Below the pieces are notes generated by a model. The model was given only the letters and a program-made list of their open reading frames with translations. It made no database searches and was not told the origin of the DNA. Source: an uncultured Prevotella sp. (lineage in GTDB: Bacteria; Bacteroidota; Bacteroidia; Bacteroidales; Bacteroidaceae). Taken from it: a stretch of DNA of 64,000 nt. Below, piece after piece: positions 37,846 to 46,740 of the stretch (the first letter of the stretch is position 1; each line of letters starts with the position of its first letter). The position numbers and the translations under genes were made by a program. The stretch covers positions 11,734 through 75,733 of the forward strand of contig ONLG01000002.1 in assembly GCA_900318625.1 (NCBI GenBank), written 5' to 3'.

Positions 37846-40485
37846 TTAGAACTCCTGTCCCAGGATGAAGTGGAACTGGCTGCCGCCCTTCTTGTACGAG
37901 CCGCCGTTGTAGACCTTGTCGAAACCGTATGCCCAGTCGATACCCATCAGTCCGACCATCGGCAGGAAGATGCGCACACCCACTCCGGCAGAGCGTTTCA
38001 TGTCGAAGGGATTGAACTTGTTTGTGTCGTACCAGGCGTTACCAGCCTCAACGAAAGCCAGTCCGTAGATGGTGGTGTTGCCGAGCAGGAACGGATAGCG
38101 CAGCTCGAGGGTCAGACGGTCGTAGGCATAGGCCGAGTACGACGACGAACCGTTGTAGGAGATGCTACCGTTCTCGTATCCGCGCAGTCCGATAGTTTCC
38201 TCAGAGTAGCCGTAGGAGGTGCCGCTCATGCCGTCGCCACCCACATAGAAGGTCTCGAAAGGCGACTTCTTGTACTTGTTGTACGAGCCGAGGAGTCCGA
38301 ACTCCACACGCGTCATCAGCACCAGACAGCGCTGTCCGCTGGTGAGCGCGGTGTAGGTCTTCGAGCGGAACTTCCACTTGTGGTACTCCACCCAGCGGAA
38401 CTTCTCTTTCATCTCTTTCTGATAGTTTACCGAGTTGGGGTCGGTGGCCAGATGCTCGTAGTCCTTTCCGTCCCACTTCGACCATGGCGGAGTGAGCGTC
38501 AGCGATACCGAGAACTCCGAACCGCGGCGCGGGAAGAGCTGGTTGTCGCTCGACATACGGTTCAGCGAGATGCTCAGGTTGAGGTTGTTCGATGCTCCGT
38601 TGGTAATCATCAGATAGTTCCAGTTCTTCATCATGTATCGCGTGTAGCCCAGCTGCAGCGAGAGAGTGAAGTAGTCGTCGGGCCAGCGCAGGCGCTTTCC
38701 CCATCCCACGCTCAGTCCGAGCATACGGATATACTTGTCGGGGTCGTAGTAGCTCTCGTAGTTGTTGTAGTAGCTGCTGCCGTTGCCGTAGTAGTTGCTC
38801 CAGTAGTTGTTCATCATACCACTGTTGTAGTAGTTGTCCGAGAGCGAGGTGTACTTGCTGTAGTATGCTCCCACGGAGAACTGTATGGGTCGTTTGCCAC
38901 CGAACCACGCAGTAGAATACGACACGTTGTACGACTGATAGTAGCGACCGTTGGTCTGCACGCCGAGCGAGAGTGTCTCGCCGTCGCCGATAGGCAGTAT
39001 GCCTCGGTGCTCCTTGTTCTTGCGGAAGAGGTTGCGCATCGACCAGTTGGTGAACTTCAGTCCCACGCGACCGATGATACCGGTCTGTCCCCAGCCTAAC
39101 GAGAGCTCCACCTGGTCGTTGGATTTCTGCTTCAGATTCCAGTTGATGTCCACCGTTCCGTCCTCGTAGTTGGGCTTGGGATCGGGCACCACTGCCTCAG
39201 GGTCGAAGTGACCCATCGATGCCAGCTCGCGTGCCGAACGCTGCAGGGCTTCCTTCGAGAACAGGTCGCCGGGCTTGGTGCGCAGCTCTCGGCGCACTAC
39301 GTTCTCATAGAGGCGGTCGTTACCGTTGATGCGCACGTGGTTGATATGTGCCTGCTGTCCCTCGAAGATACGCATCTCGAGGTCGATGGAGTCGCCAACG
39401 ATGTTCACCTCGGTGGGCTGCAGGTTGTAGAACAGGTATCCGTTGTTCCAATACACGTTGCCCACGGCATCCTCGTCTTCGGTGAGTCGCTTGCTCAGCA
39501 GCTTCTGGTTATATACGTCGCCCTTCTCGAAGTCGAGCAGGCGGCTCAGGTAGTCGGTGCTGTAGACGGTGTTGCCCACCCATGTGATGTTGCGAACATA
39601 GTATTTCTTGCCTTCGTCAACCTTCACGTAGACGTTCACGTGCTTGTCGTCAACGTTCCACACGCTGTCCTTCAGTATCACGGCATCGCGGTAGCCGTAT
39701 TCGTTGTACTTGTTTATGAGGTTCTTCTTGTCCGACTCCCAGTTCTCGGGAGTGAACTTCTTTGACTTGAATAGGTTTGACAGCTTTCCGGCTTCGTGTG
39801 TCTTTGCGAAGGCTCCTTTCTTGAAAAGGTTTCCCTTGAGCTTCTTGTCGCTGACGTTGTTGTTGCCTTCGATGATGATGTTGCGCACCTTTATCTTCTC
39901 CTTCTTGTCAACTATGACATCGAGGATAAGCTGGTTCTTGTTTGCCACATCGTCGCGGCGGTTGATGTCTATGTCGGCGTTCTTGAAGCCCTTGTCGTCG
40001 AAATAGCGCTTCACCACAAGCTTGGCGCGGTCGAGCATATGCGGAGTGAGCTGGCCACCCTTCATTATTCCGATTTTCTTCTCCAAGTCTTCGCGCTCGC
40101 TCTTCTTCATTCCGACGTAGTTGATTACCGATATTCGCGGACGCATATTCAGATGGATGTGGAGGAAAGCCTCGTTGCCGACGATGGAGTCGACGGCAAT
40201 CGACACTTCGGAGAACATTCCGTGCTTCCAGTATCGCTTCACGGCGTTAGTCACCTCGCTTCCCGGCAGTGTTATGGTCTGCCCCACGCTCAGTCCCGAG
40301 ATGCTTGTCAGCACGAAGTCGTCGTAGCCCTGCACTCCCGAAACGGCAATGCCGCCGATGCGCACCTCCTTCGGCGCGCCGCTGTAGTCAATCTTCGGGT
40401 TCTCTATCTTCTGCTGTGCTGTGGCCTGAAGGCAAAAGGCAACCATCGCCGCGAGTGCCACATACACCTTATTATATATATACAT
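37846..40485 (-). CDS. bamA: Outer membrane assembly factor BamA
   Basis: POTRA repeats, LRGYENG, terminal FHFILGQEF. Confidence 0.95.
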   Translation of the reverse strand: MYIYNKVYVALAAMVAFCLQATAQQKIENPKIDYSGAPKEVRIGGIAVSGVQGYDDFVLTSISGLSVGQTITLPGSEVTNAVKRYWKHGMFSEVSIAVDSIVGNEAFLHIHLNMRPRISVINYVGMKKSEREDLEKKIGIMKGGQLTPHMLDRAKLVVKRYFDDKGFKNADIDINRRDDVANKNQLILDVIVDKKEKIKVRNIIIEGNNNVSDKKLKGNLFKKGAFAKTHEAGKLSNLFKSKKFTPENWESDKKNLINKYNEYGYRDAVILKDSVWNVDDKHVNVYVKVDEGKKYYVRNITWVGNTVYSTDYLSRLLDFEKGDVYNQKLLSKRLTEDEDAVGNVYWNNGYLFYNLQPTEVNIVGDSIDLEMRIFEGQQAHINHVRINGNDRLYENVVRRELRTKPGDLFSKEALQRSARELASMGHFDPEAVVPDPKPNYEDGTVDINWNLKQKSNDQVELSLGWGQTGIIGRVGLKFTNWSMRNLFRKNKEHRGILPIGDGETLSLGVQTNGRYYQSYNVSYSTAWFGGKRPIQFSVGAYYSKYTSLSDNYYNSGMMNNYWSNYYGNGSSYYNNYESYYDPDKYIRMLGLSVGWGKRLRWPDDYFTLSLQLGYTRYMMKNWNYLMITNGASNNLNLSISLNRMSSDNQLFPRRGSEFSVSLTLTPPWSKWDGKDYEHLATDPNSVNYQKEMKEKFRWVEYHKWKFRSKTYTALTSGQRCLVLMTRVEFGLLGSYNKYKKSPFETFYVGGDGMSGTSYGYSEETIGLRGYENGSISYNGSSSYSAYAYDRLTLELRYPFLLGNTTIYGLAFVEAGNAWYDTNKFNPFDMKRSAGVGVRIFLPMVGLMGIDWAYGFDKVYNGGSYKKGGSQFHFILGQEF

Positions 40486-40512
40486 GTCGGATTGTTTGAG
40501 TGATTGTGTTCT

Positions 40513-41250
40513 TTACTGTTGCTGCTGCTCTACCTGCGCCTCTGTCTTTCCGAAGCGCCTCTGCCTCTGCTGATACGACTCTATGGCCTTGTGCAGATGC
40601 TCCTCGGCAAAGTCTGGCCAGTAGGTGTCGCAGAAATATAGCTCTGAGTAGGCTATCTGCCATAGCAGGTAGTTGCTTATGCGGCACTCTCCGCCTGTGC
40701 GTATGAGCAGGTCGGGGTCGGGCATGAAGCTGGTAGCCATGTGGCGTGCCACATAGTCCTCGTCAATGTCGGCCACGGAGCGTATCAGCCCCTTCTGTGC
40801 CTCCTCGGCAATGTCGCGCACGGCCTGCGTAATCTCCCACCGCGAGCTGTAGCTCAGTGCCACGACCATCGTCATGGCCGAGTTGTGGGCGGTGCGCTGT
40901 TCGGTCTGCCAGAGCTTCTGCTTCACCTCGACGGGCAGGCGCGATGAGTCGCCGATCATCCTGAAGCGCACGTTGTACTTCATGAATATCTCGTCTTCGA
41001 GCGAGCTGAGCACCAGCCCCATGAGTGCCGACACCTCGTCGTCGGGTCGGTTCCAGTTCTCAGTAGAGAAAGTGTAGAGCGTAAGGTATTTCACTCCCAT
41101 CCTCACACACTCTGCCGTGATGCGTCTGACGGTGTCCACTCCCGCCTTGTGGCCGTAGGTGCGCTCTTGTCCGCGCTCTGTGGCCCATCGTCCGTTGCCA
41201 TCCATGATGATGGCAATGTGGCGGGGTATTGCGTTCTGTTCCTGGTTCAT
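40513..41250 (-). CDS. uppS: Undecaprenyl diphosphate synthase
   Basis: [28 protein letters not shown]. Confidence 0.96.
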   Translation of the reverse strand: MNQEQNAIPRHIAIIMDGNGRWATERGQERTYGHKAGVDTVRRITAECVRMGVKYLTLYTFSTENWNRPDDEVSALMGLVLSSLEDEIFMKYNVRFRMIGDSSRLPVEVKQKLWQTEQRTAHNSAMTMVVALSYSSRWEITQAVRDIAEEAQKGLIRSVADIDEDYVARHMATSFMPDPDLLIRTGGECRISNYLLWQIAYSELYFCDTYWPDFAEEHLHKAIESYQQRQRRFGKTEAQVEQQQQ

Positions 41251-41295
41251 ATCTTGTCGTTCATGTTCGGGATGGTCCCGACATTTTTTGTTGTT

Positions 41296-42000
41296 TCATT
41301 CGTCTTCGTTGTGGCACGTGCGGCACTTGGCGTTGAAGCTGTAAGTTGCCGTTATCATCAGCGAGCTGTAGCCGTCGGTGTTCTTGAACAGCCCCGACGA
41401 CTTTATGCCGTAGGGGTCTTTCACTCCGTCGAGCTTGTCGCTCAGCGAGAAGTGCATGGCCCACTCCAGCCCGATGTTGGCGCGTTCGCCCAGCTTGTAC
41501 TTCAGTCCTATTCCGAGCGGTATGCTCATGGTGAACACGTTGCTCTTCTGCTCGCCATTCACCCTGATGTAGTTGGCCTCAAGCCCCAGGCTGACGTAGG
41601 GTGCCAGGCGCTTTGCGCCGCGATACTCCCGTCCCGTGCCGTAGGGAACGAAGTTGTACTCGTAGGCTGCCACCAGTGCGCCTATCGGATTGGAGAAGGT
41701 GTATACCTTGTCGGAATAGTCGGGATAGTAGGTCTTCACCTTTTCCGACGAGCCTTTCATCTTGCCGTAGGCCAGCTGTAGCTTCACAGCCATGTAGCTG
41801 TTGATGTTGTATCGGCCCACTATGGTGGCTGCCGGCTGCAGGTTCTTGGTGATGCTGCCGTTGAAGTCGCCCAGATAGCCCACCACTCCTCCGCCGGCTC
41901 CTATCTCCATGAGATACTCGGGCTGTTCCTGTGCGCGCACGTTGGCAACAGCAGTTGTCAGTGCGACGATGGCGAGCAGTAGTGTGCGCTTGATAAGCAT
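41296..42000 (-). CDS. Outer-membrane beta-barrel (DUF6089/PorG-like)
   Basis: Signal peptide, YLGD, SDKLDG, position upstream of uppS. Confidence 0.7.
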   Translation of the reverse strand: MLIKRTLLLAIVALTTAVANVRAQEQPEYLMEIGAGGGVVGYLGDFNGSITKNLQPAATIVGRYNINSYMAVKLQLAYGKMKGSSEKVKTYYPDYSDKVYTFSNPIGALVAAYEYNFVPYGTGREYRGAKRLAPYVSLGLEANYIRVNGEQKSNVFTMSIPLGIGLKYKLGERANIGLEWAMHFSLSDKLDGVKDPYGIKSSGLFKNTDGYSSLMITATYSFNAKCRTCHNEDE

Positions 42001-42058
42001 TGCTATTTTGCTTTATTTTATATTATTGTGTGCGTTGTCAGGCGGTGCCTGCTGTCGG

Positions 42059-43414
42059 TCACTTCGTCACCTGTCGCAGCACGTTCTTGTCGGTCACTAT
42101 CCACAGTTTGTCGTTTTCGTCGGCAAAGGCGGTGAGCACGTTGGGGATGGCATTGAGCTGTGAGGGATAGGCATAGCCGTCGTAGTACTTCCATGTGATG
42201 CCCTGGTCCTTGCTCACGAGCATCGGGGCGAGCGCGCCGGAGCCTGAGATGCCCACAGCCACGAAGTTGCCCTCGACTACTACCACCGACAGCTGCTCCC
42301 AGTTGGGCAGCGCATAGCGCAGGTCGCCTGCCAGATTGGTGAACGACCATCGGCTCTCGAGCTGGTCGAAGCCCGTTCCGCTCAGGCGCGTCCACACTGC
42401 TGCGGGGCTGCTGAAGTCGCGATAGCCTGCCAGCAGCAGGCGCTTCACCTGGCCTTTAGCGTCGAGAGGCTTGCTGACGAGGCTGATGCGGCTTGTGGGA
42501 ATGAGCGACTCGTCGTCGTCGAGAGCTTCGGGCTGCCATGTGGTACCGTCGTTGGCCGACGACATGAGTGTGCCCTGCGCGTCGAGGCCGTAGAGCGTGT
42601 TGCCCACGGCACCTATCAGCCTCACTACGGCAAGGTTCTTGCCAATGATCTGCCCCCGACCTACGGTCACTTTCCTTAGCGTGTTGCCGTCCATCATCCA
42701 CACATCATTGTCTGTGGCGGCAACATTGTCCCAGGCATCAGCCGCAAACTCCTGGTTCACCTCTGTCCAATCGCTGCCTGTGGCGGCATCGGCCACGCAC
42801 ATCAGGGTCTTGTCGGCGAAGCCGGCAAAGACGTACACCTTGCCGCTAACTACCAGACCTTTCAGGTGACTGGCCGAGGCAAAGAGGTCGGTAGGCGCAC
42901 ACTGCTCCCATGCAAGGGTGCCTTCCTTCACCTTTCTCACTCCCACGCGCACCGTGTAGTCGCGGTGGCTCCGTCCGCTCTGGGCTACCACCCTGAGCTT
43001 GCGGTCCTGTGAGAAGTCTATCGAGTCGGTAGACGAATATACCTTGTATGCGTTGGCATCGTCGAGGTTGATGATACGTATCGACGCACCGTTCATTGCA
43101 GAGATAGTAGCAAGTATTTTCGTAGCATCGCAGCCGTATGGCAGCGAGTCGGGATTCCAGATAAGTCTCTTCTGCTGGTCGATGAAGAACTTGTAGTTGC
43201 TTCCTGTTATGTTGACAGTATATACGCTGTCCTGACCTTTCGAGCTCGTGGTGTGTACTTTCTGAGCCACCGTGCCGAGCGTGAAGGCCGTTATTGCTGT
43301 GTCGTCGTCGTAGTTGTAATTGATATCGCTGTCCGATTTGCTGTTACAGGCCACTGCCGTTAGCATCGCTGCCACGATTGCTGCCGTAGCTCCAACTTGC
43401 TTGCGTATTTCCAC
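42059..43414 (-). CDS. Lipoprotein (DUF6242-like)
   Basis: Lipobox AVAC, FFIDQ...NPDSLPYG, DSIDFS. Confidence 0.7.
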   Translation of the reverse strand: MEIRKQVGATAAIVAAMLTAVACNSKSDSDINYNYDDDTAITAFTLGTVAQKVHTTSSKGQDSVYTVNITGSNYKFFIDQQKRLIWNPDSLPYGCDATKILATISAMNGASIRIINLDDANAYKVYSSTDSIDFSQDRKLRVVAQSGRSHRDYTVRVGVRKVKEGTLAWEQCAPTDLFASASHLKGLVVSGKVYVFAGFADKTLMCVADAATGSDWTEVNQEFAADAWDNVAATDNDVWMMDGNTLRKVTVGRGQIIGKNLAVVRLIGAVGNTLYGLDAQGTLMSSANDGTTWQPEALDDDESLIPTSRISLVSKPLDAKGQVKRLLLAGYRDFSSPAAVWTRLSGTGFDQLESRWSFTNLAGDLRYALPNWEQLSVVVVEGNFVAVGISGSGALAPMLVSKDQGITWKYYDGYAYPSQLNAIPNVLTAFADENDKLWIVTDKNVLRQVTK

Positions 43415-43540
43415 TTTCTACTGTAATTTAAAGATATTTGGCTGCAAATTTAGTCAGATTTCATTAAAAAGCGCGCGTTTTCTATTCTTTATTATATAAA
43501 ATAAACATTCCAAGCTACCCTTTTTAAGGTTTATTGCATA

Positions 43541-43611
43541 GTAATATGGGCCATATTGGTAGGTAATATGGGCCATATTGGTAGGTAATATGGGCCATAT
43601 TACTTTGCTGC
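43541..43611. repeat. Family B 22-bp palindromic repeat, 3 units
   Basis: gtaatatgggccatattggtag units, ending catattactttgctgc. Confidence 0.9.
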
Positions 43612-43690
43612 GGGCTAACTATAGACAACAAGCAGCACAGGTCTTACAAGATTTTATTATCTTTGCAGGCGAGAGCAGCAGGCGAGAGCA

Positions 43691-43830
43691 ATAAGGCCAA
43701 TAAGGCCAATAAGGCCAATAAGGCTAATAGGGCTAATAAGGCCAATAGGGCCAATAGGCCCTATAAGCCCTATAAGCCCAATAAGCCCAATAAGCCCAAT
43801 AAGCCCAATAAGCCCCATAAGCCCTATAAG
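43691..43830 (+). repeat. 9-bp tandem array (family C), ~15 units
   Basis: ataaggcca/atagggcta units grading into ataagccca/ataagccct. Confidence 0.95.
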
Positions 43831-43864
43831 AAAAAATTACTAACAACCAAAACGAAAATCTATC

Positions 43865-44437
43865 ATGTCAAGCAATAAGTCTTTCCTTTCTCCGCGCGGC
43901 AATTACAGACATCTGATTGTCTACCAGAAAGCAGAATGTATCTACGATATTACATTCCACTTTGCCCACCGTTTTCTGGAAAAAGGTGACAGGACGATAG
44001 ACCAGATGGTGCAGGCTGCAAGGTCGGGAAAACAGAATATAGCAGAGGGATGTGCCGCAAGCACTACCTCAAGAGAAACTGAAATAAAGCTGGTGAACGT
44101 TGCCAAGGCAAGCCTTCAAGAACTATTGATTGACTACGAGGATTTCCTACGCGTGCGCAACCTATCGCAATGGAGCAGCAACGACCAACGCTATCAACAA
44201 ACCCGGAGCGTTACGGCTAAGCATAATGACTCTGCCTATTATCGGGAAGCTATATCTAAACGCTCTGCCGAAACCGTTGCCAATATTGCAATCACGCTTA
44301 TTCACCAGACCGACACCATGTTAGGCCGGCTGATAGAAACCCTGAAGAAACAATTTATACAGCAAGGTGGCATACGCGAAGAGATGACTCGCGCACGACT
44401 TAGCTACCGCAACAATCTCAGAAAGGACAAGAGCTAA
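43865..44437 (+). CDS. Four-helix-bundle (IVS/Avd-like) protein with suffix domain
   Basis: DRTIDQMVQAARSGKQNIAEG, paralog of 31203-31823. Confidence 0.88.
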   Translation: MSSNKSFLSPRGNYRHLIVYQKAECIYDITFHFAHRFLEKGDRTIDQMVQAARSGKQNIAEGCAASTTSRETEIKLVNVAKASLQELLIDYEDFLRVRNLSQWSSNDQRYQQTRSVTAKHNDSAYYREAISKRSAETVANIAITLIHQTDTMLGRLIETLKKQFIQQGGIREEMTRARLSYRNNLRKDKS

Positions 44438-44550
44438 TAAGGCCAATAGGGCCAATAGGGCTAATAAGTCCCATAAGCCCAATAAGCCCCATAAGCCCTA
44501 TAAGCCCCATAAGCCCCATAAGCCTATAAGCCCCATAAGCCCCATAAGCC
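44437..44550 (+). repeat. 9-bp tandem array (family C), ~13 units
   Basis: Same units, orientation and GG-to-CC gradient as the upstream array. Confidence 0.95.
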
Positions 44551-45537
44551 TTACTTGAAGTTCCTCGACAGCCGCAGGAAAACAAAGAAGAAGAGCGTTC
44601 CGGAGATGAAGCCGAAGATGGCATCGATGAGGTAATGGGCCTGAATGTAGACCGTGGCACAGCACAGCAGCACATAGACAGGCAGCAGCGCGAACAGCAA
44701 CCCGCGGTTACGCGCGTGCCAGAGCAGCCACATCAGCACCGTAGACACTCCCACGTGCGAGCTGGGAAAGGCTGCCGTGGGGCGCTCGCCGGCTTCCTTG
44801 GCTCCCTCGACGAACTGGTAGCACACGCCGTCGACGTAGCCCGGCGAGGGCAGACAGTCCTGATGGTAGTTGAAGTAGTCGTGCATGGGTGGGAAGACGG
44901 CTGCGGCTATCTTCTTCAGACCCACCGCCTTGTAGTAGAACGTAGGTCCGACGACAGGCACAAAGACGAATATCACGTAGAAGAGGAAGAACGATGCCAG
45001 GAGGATAAACGTGGCGCGCTCGAACTCGTGGTACCGCCAGAAGAAGTAGTAGAGCATCACCAAGGCTATCATGGGGTAGTAGGCACCATAGCCGAAGTCG
45101 AAAAGCTCACTGACAATGGGCGATGTCACCTTCTGGCAGAACAGCAGTGCCGGCTGGCAACCGAACCACGACTGCTCGATCTGGGCAAAGATGTGGTCCA
45201 GGTTCTGGAAAGTGCGGTTCAGCTCGTAGGTATCCGGATACCACCAGGCCAGCAGCAGTATCTGCGCCCCTATGCGTGCGAAGCGCGTCAGGGGGCACGG
45301 CACCAGCCTGTAGACAAGCCACAGCGCGGCGGTCATGGCCACCACGCGGGCGCGCCCCATAAGCAGAGCGGTGGGGTTCTCCATCTTTGTGTATAGCAGC
45401 AGCACCAGCACGGTGGTCAGCAGCAGATAGCCCATGGCCACCCATTCCACTGACAGCAGGCCCTTGTGGGGGTTCTTATCGAGGCGGAAGAGCCATCCTA
45501 TGCCCTTGCCGGATTTGCCTTTGTTCTGTTTTCTCAT
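44551..45537 (-). CDS. PAP2-family phosphatase/phosphotransferase
   Basis: AAFPSSHV, QAHYLIDAI, multi-TM. Confidence 0.85.
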   Translation of the reverse strand: MRKQNKGKSGKGIGWLFRLDKNPHKGLLSVEWVAMGYLLLTTVLVLLLYTKMENPTALLMGRARVVAMTAALWLVYRLVPCPLTRFARIGAQILLLAWWYPDTYELNRTFQNLDHIFAQIEQSWFGCQPALLFCQKVTSPIVSELFDFGYGAYYPMIALVMLYYFFWRYHEFERATFILLASFFLFYVIFVFVPVVGPTFYYKAVGLKKIAAAVFPPMHDYFNYHQDCLPSPGYVDGVCYQFVEGAKEAGERPTAAFPSSHVGVSTVLMWLLWHARNRGLLFALLPVYVLLCCATVYIQAHYLIDAIFGFISGTLFFFVFLRLSRNFK

Positions 45538-45632
45538 TGTTCTGTTGATGTTTTTCTGTTCTTTGGGCTGCGCTTGGGGCGCAGCCACCATGATGTTTGC
45601 CAGCTGCCGGCTGTCGCTTGCCGTCTGCCGGC

Positions 45633-46640
45633 CTACAGCCAGCCCTCCTTGAGATACCAGGCTATCGTCTCGTGGGTGCCGCGCTCAAGGTCGTAGTCGG
45701 GCGAGTAGCCCAGCTGCTCGATGGCCGGACTGATGTCGCACCGCCAGTTGCGCTGGCGCAGGATGTTGTACTTGTCGTTGTTCAGTGCCGAGAGCTTGCC
45801 CGTGATGCGGCCTATGTACTCTCCGAAGAAGGTGATAACCCTCAGCACCCACACGGGAGCCTTGATGCGCACCCACCAGGGGCTGCCCAGCTCCTTGTGG
45901 ATAAGGCGGCTGAAGGTGCTGCTCTGGTAGACCTTGCCGTCGCTCAGGAAGTATTTGGCACCCTTGGGCGCACGCTCGATGGCCAGGAAAATGGCTTTCA
46001 CGAGGTCGAGTACATATATGAAGGTGATGTCCTGGCGCTTATATCCCACCGAGAAATCAACGTGGGAGCGTATGCTTCGCGCCATGAGGAAATAGTCTTT
46101 CTCGCGCGGGCCGTAGACGCCGGTGGGCCTAAGCGTGACGCAATGGAACTCGGGATGCTCGCGGCTCACGCCATCGAGAAACTCCTCGGCACGCAGCTTG
46201 CTCTGGCCGTAGGCCGTGTTGGGCTGCGGCTGGTCGGTGGCGCGTATCTCCTCGTAGGGCTGCTGCTCCCTGACAGCTCCGAAAACACTGAGGCTGCTGA
46301 GGTAGACAAAGCGCTCTACCGGCATCTGCAGGCTGAGCAGAGCATTGACGAGATTGCGCGTTCCGTCGGTGTTCACGCGGAAGAAATCCTGTTTGTGAAG
46401 GCATTTCGTTGCCCCGGCAGCATGGACAACATACTGGAACTGGTGGCCGGAAAGCTGCCGGCGCAGCTCCTCGGGCGAACTCAGGTTGAGCTCAATGAAG
46501 TGTATGCGCTCGTCCTGAAGGTATCGGCGCGAGCTGCTCGGGCGAACAGCCGCCCATGTTTCCATTCCACGGCGCAGCGCTTCCTCAACGATAAAGCTGC
46601 CTATGAAGCCGCTGGCACCCGTGATAAGTATCTTTTGCAT
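45633..46640 (-). CDS. NAD-dependent epimerase/dehydratase
   Basis: ITGASGFIG, YGQSK, RPTGVYGP. Confidence 0.9.
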   Translation of the reverse strand: MQKILITGASGFIGSFIVEEALRRGMETWAAVRPSSSRRYLQDERIHFIELNLSSPEELRRQLSGHQFQYVVHAAGATKCLHKQDFFRVNTDGTRNLVNALLSLQMPVERFVYLSSLSVFGAVREQQPYEEIRATDQPQPNTAYGQSKLRAEEFLDGVSREHPEFHCVTLRPTGVYGPREKDYFLMARSIRSHVDFSVGYKRQDITFIYVLDLVKAIFLAIERAPKGAKYFLSDGKVYQSSTFSRLIHKELGSPWWVRIKAPVWVLRVITFFGEYIGRITGKLSALNNDKYNILRQRNWRCDISPAIEQLGYSPDYDLERGTHETIAWYLKEGWL

Positions 46641-46740
46641 AGTGTGAGATGGCGTTTGAGAGGTCATCTTTTCTTATTTTCGCTTGCAAATGTACGAAAA
46701 AAGCGTTTACTTTGTAGCATTATCACAAAAGTATTGCATC

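Noticed and set aside
43541-43611. Family B repeats as a CRISPR array
   Set aside because: Units are contiguous with no unique spacers, and no cas genes are present
43663-43878. (NKA)n(NKP)n ORF, and similar GLIGLM ORFs at 6099, 44418 and 59293
   Set aside because: By-products of 9-bp arrays. The 43663 start lies inside the promoter box.
31203-44437. Diversity-generating retroelement suggested by Avd-like proteins
   Set aside because: No reverse transcriptase or TR/VR pair is visible in the window
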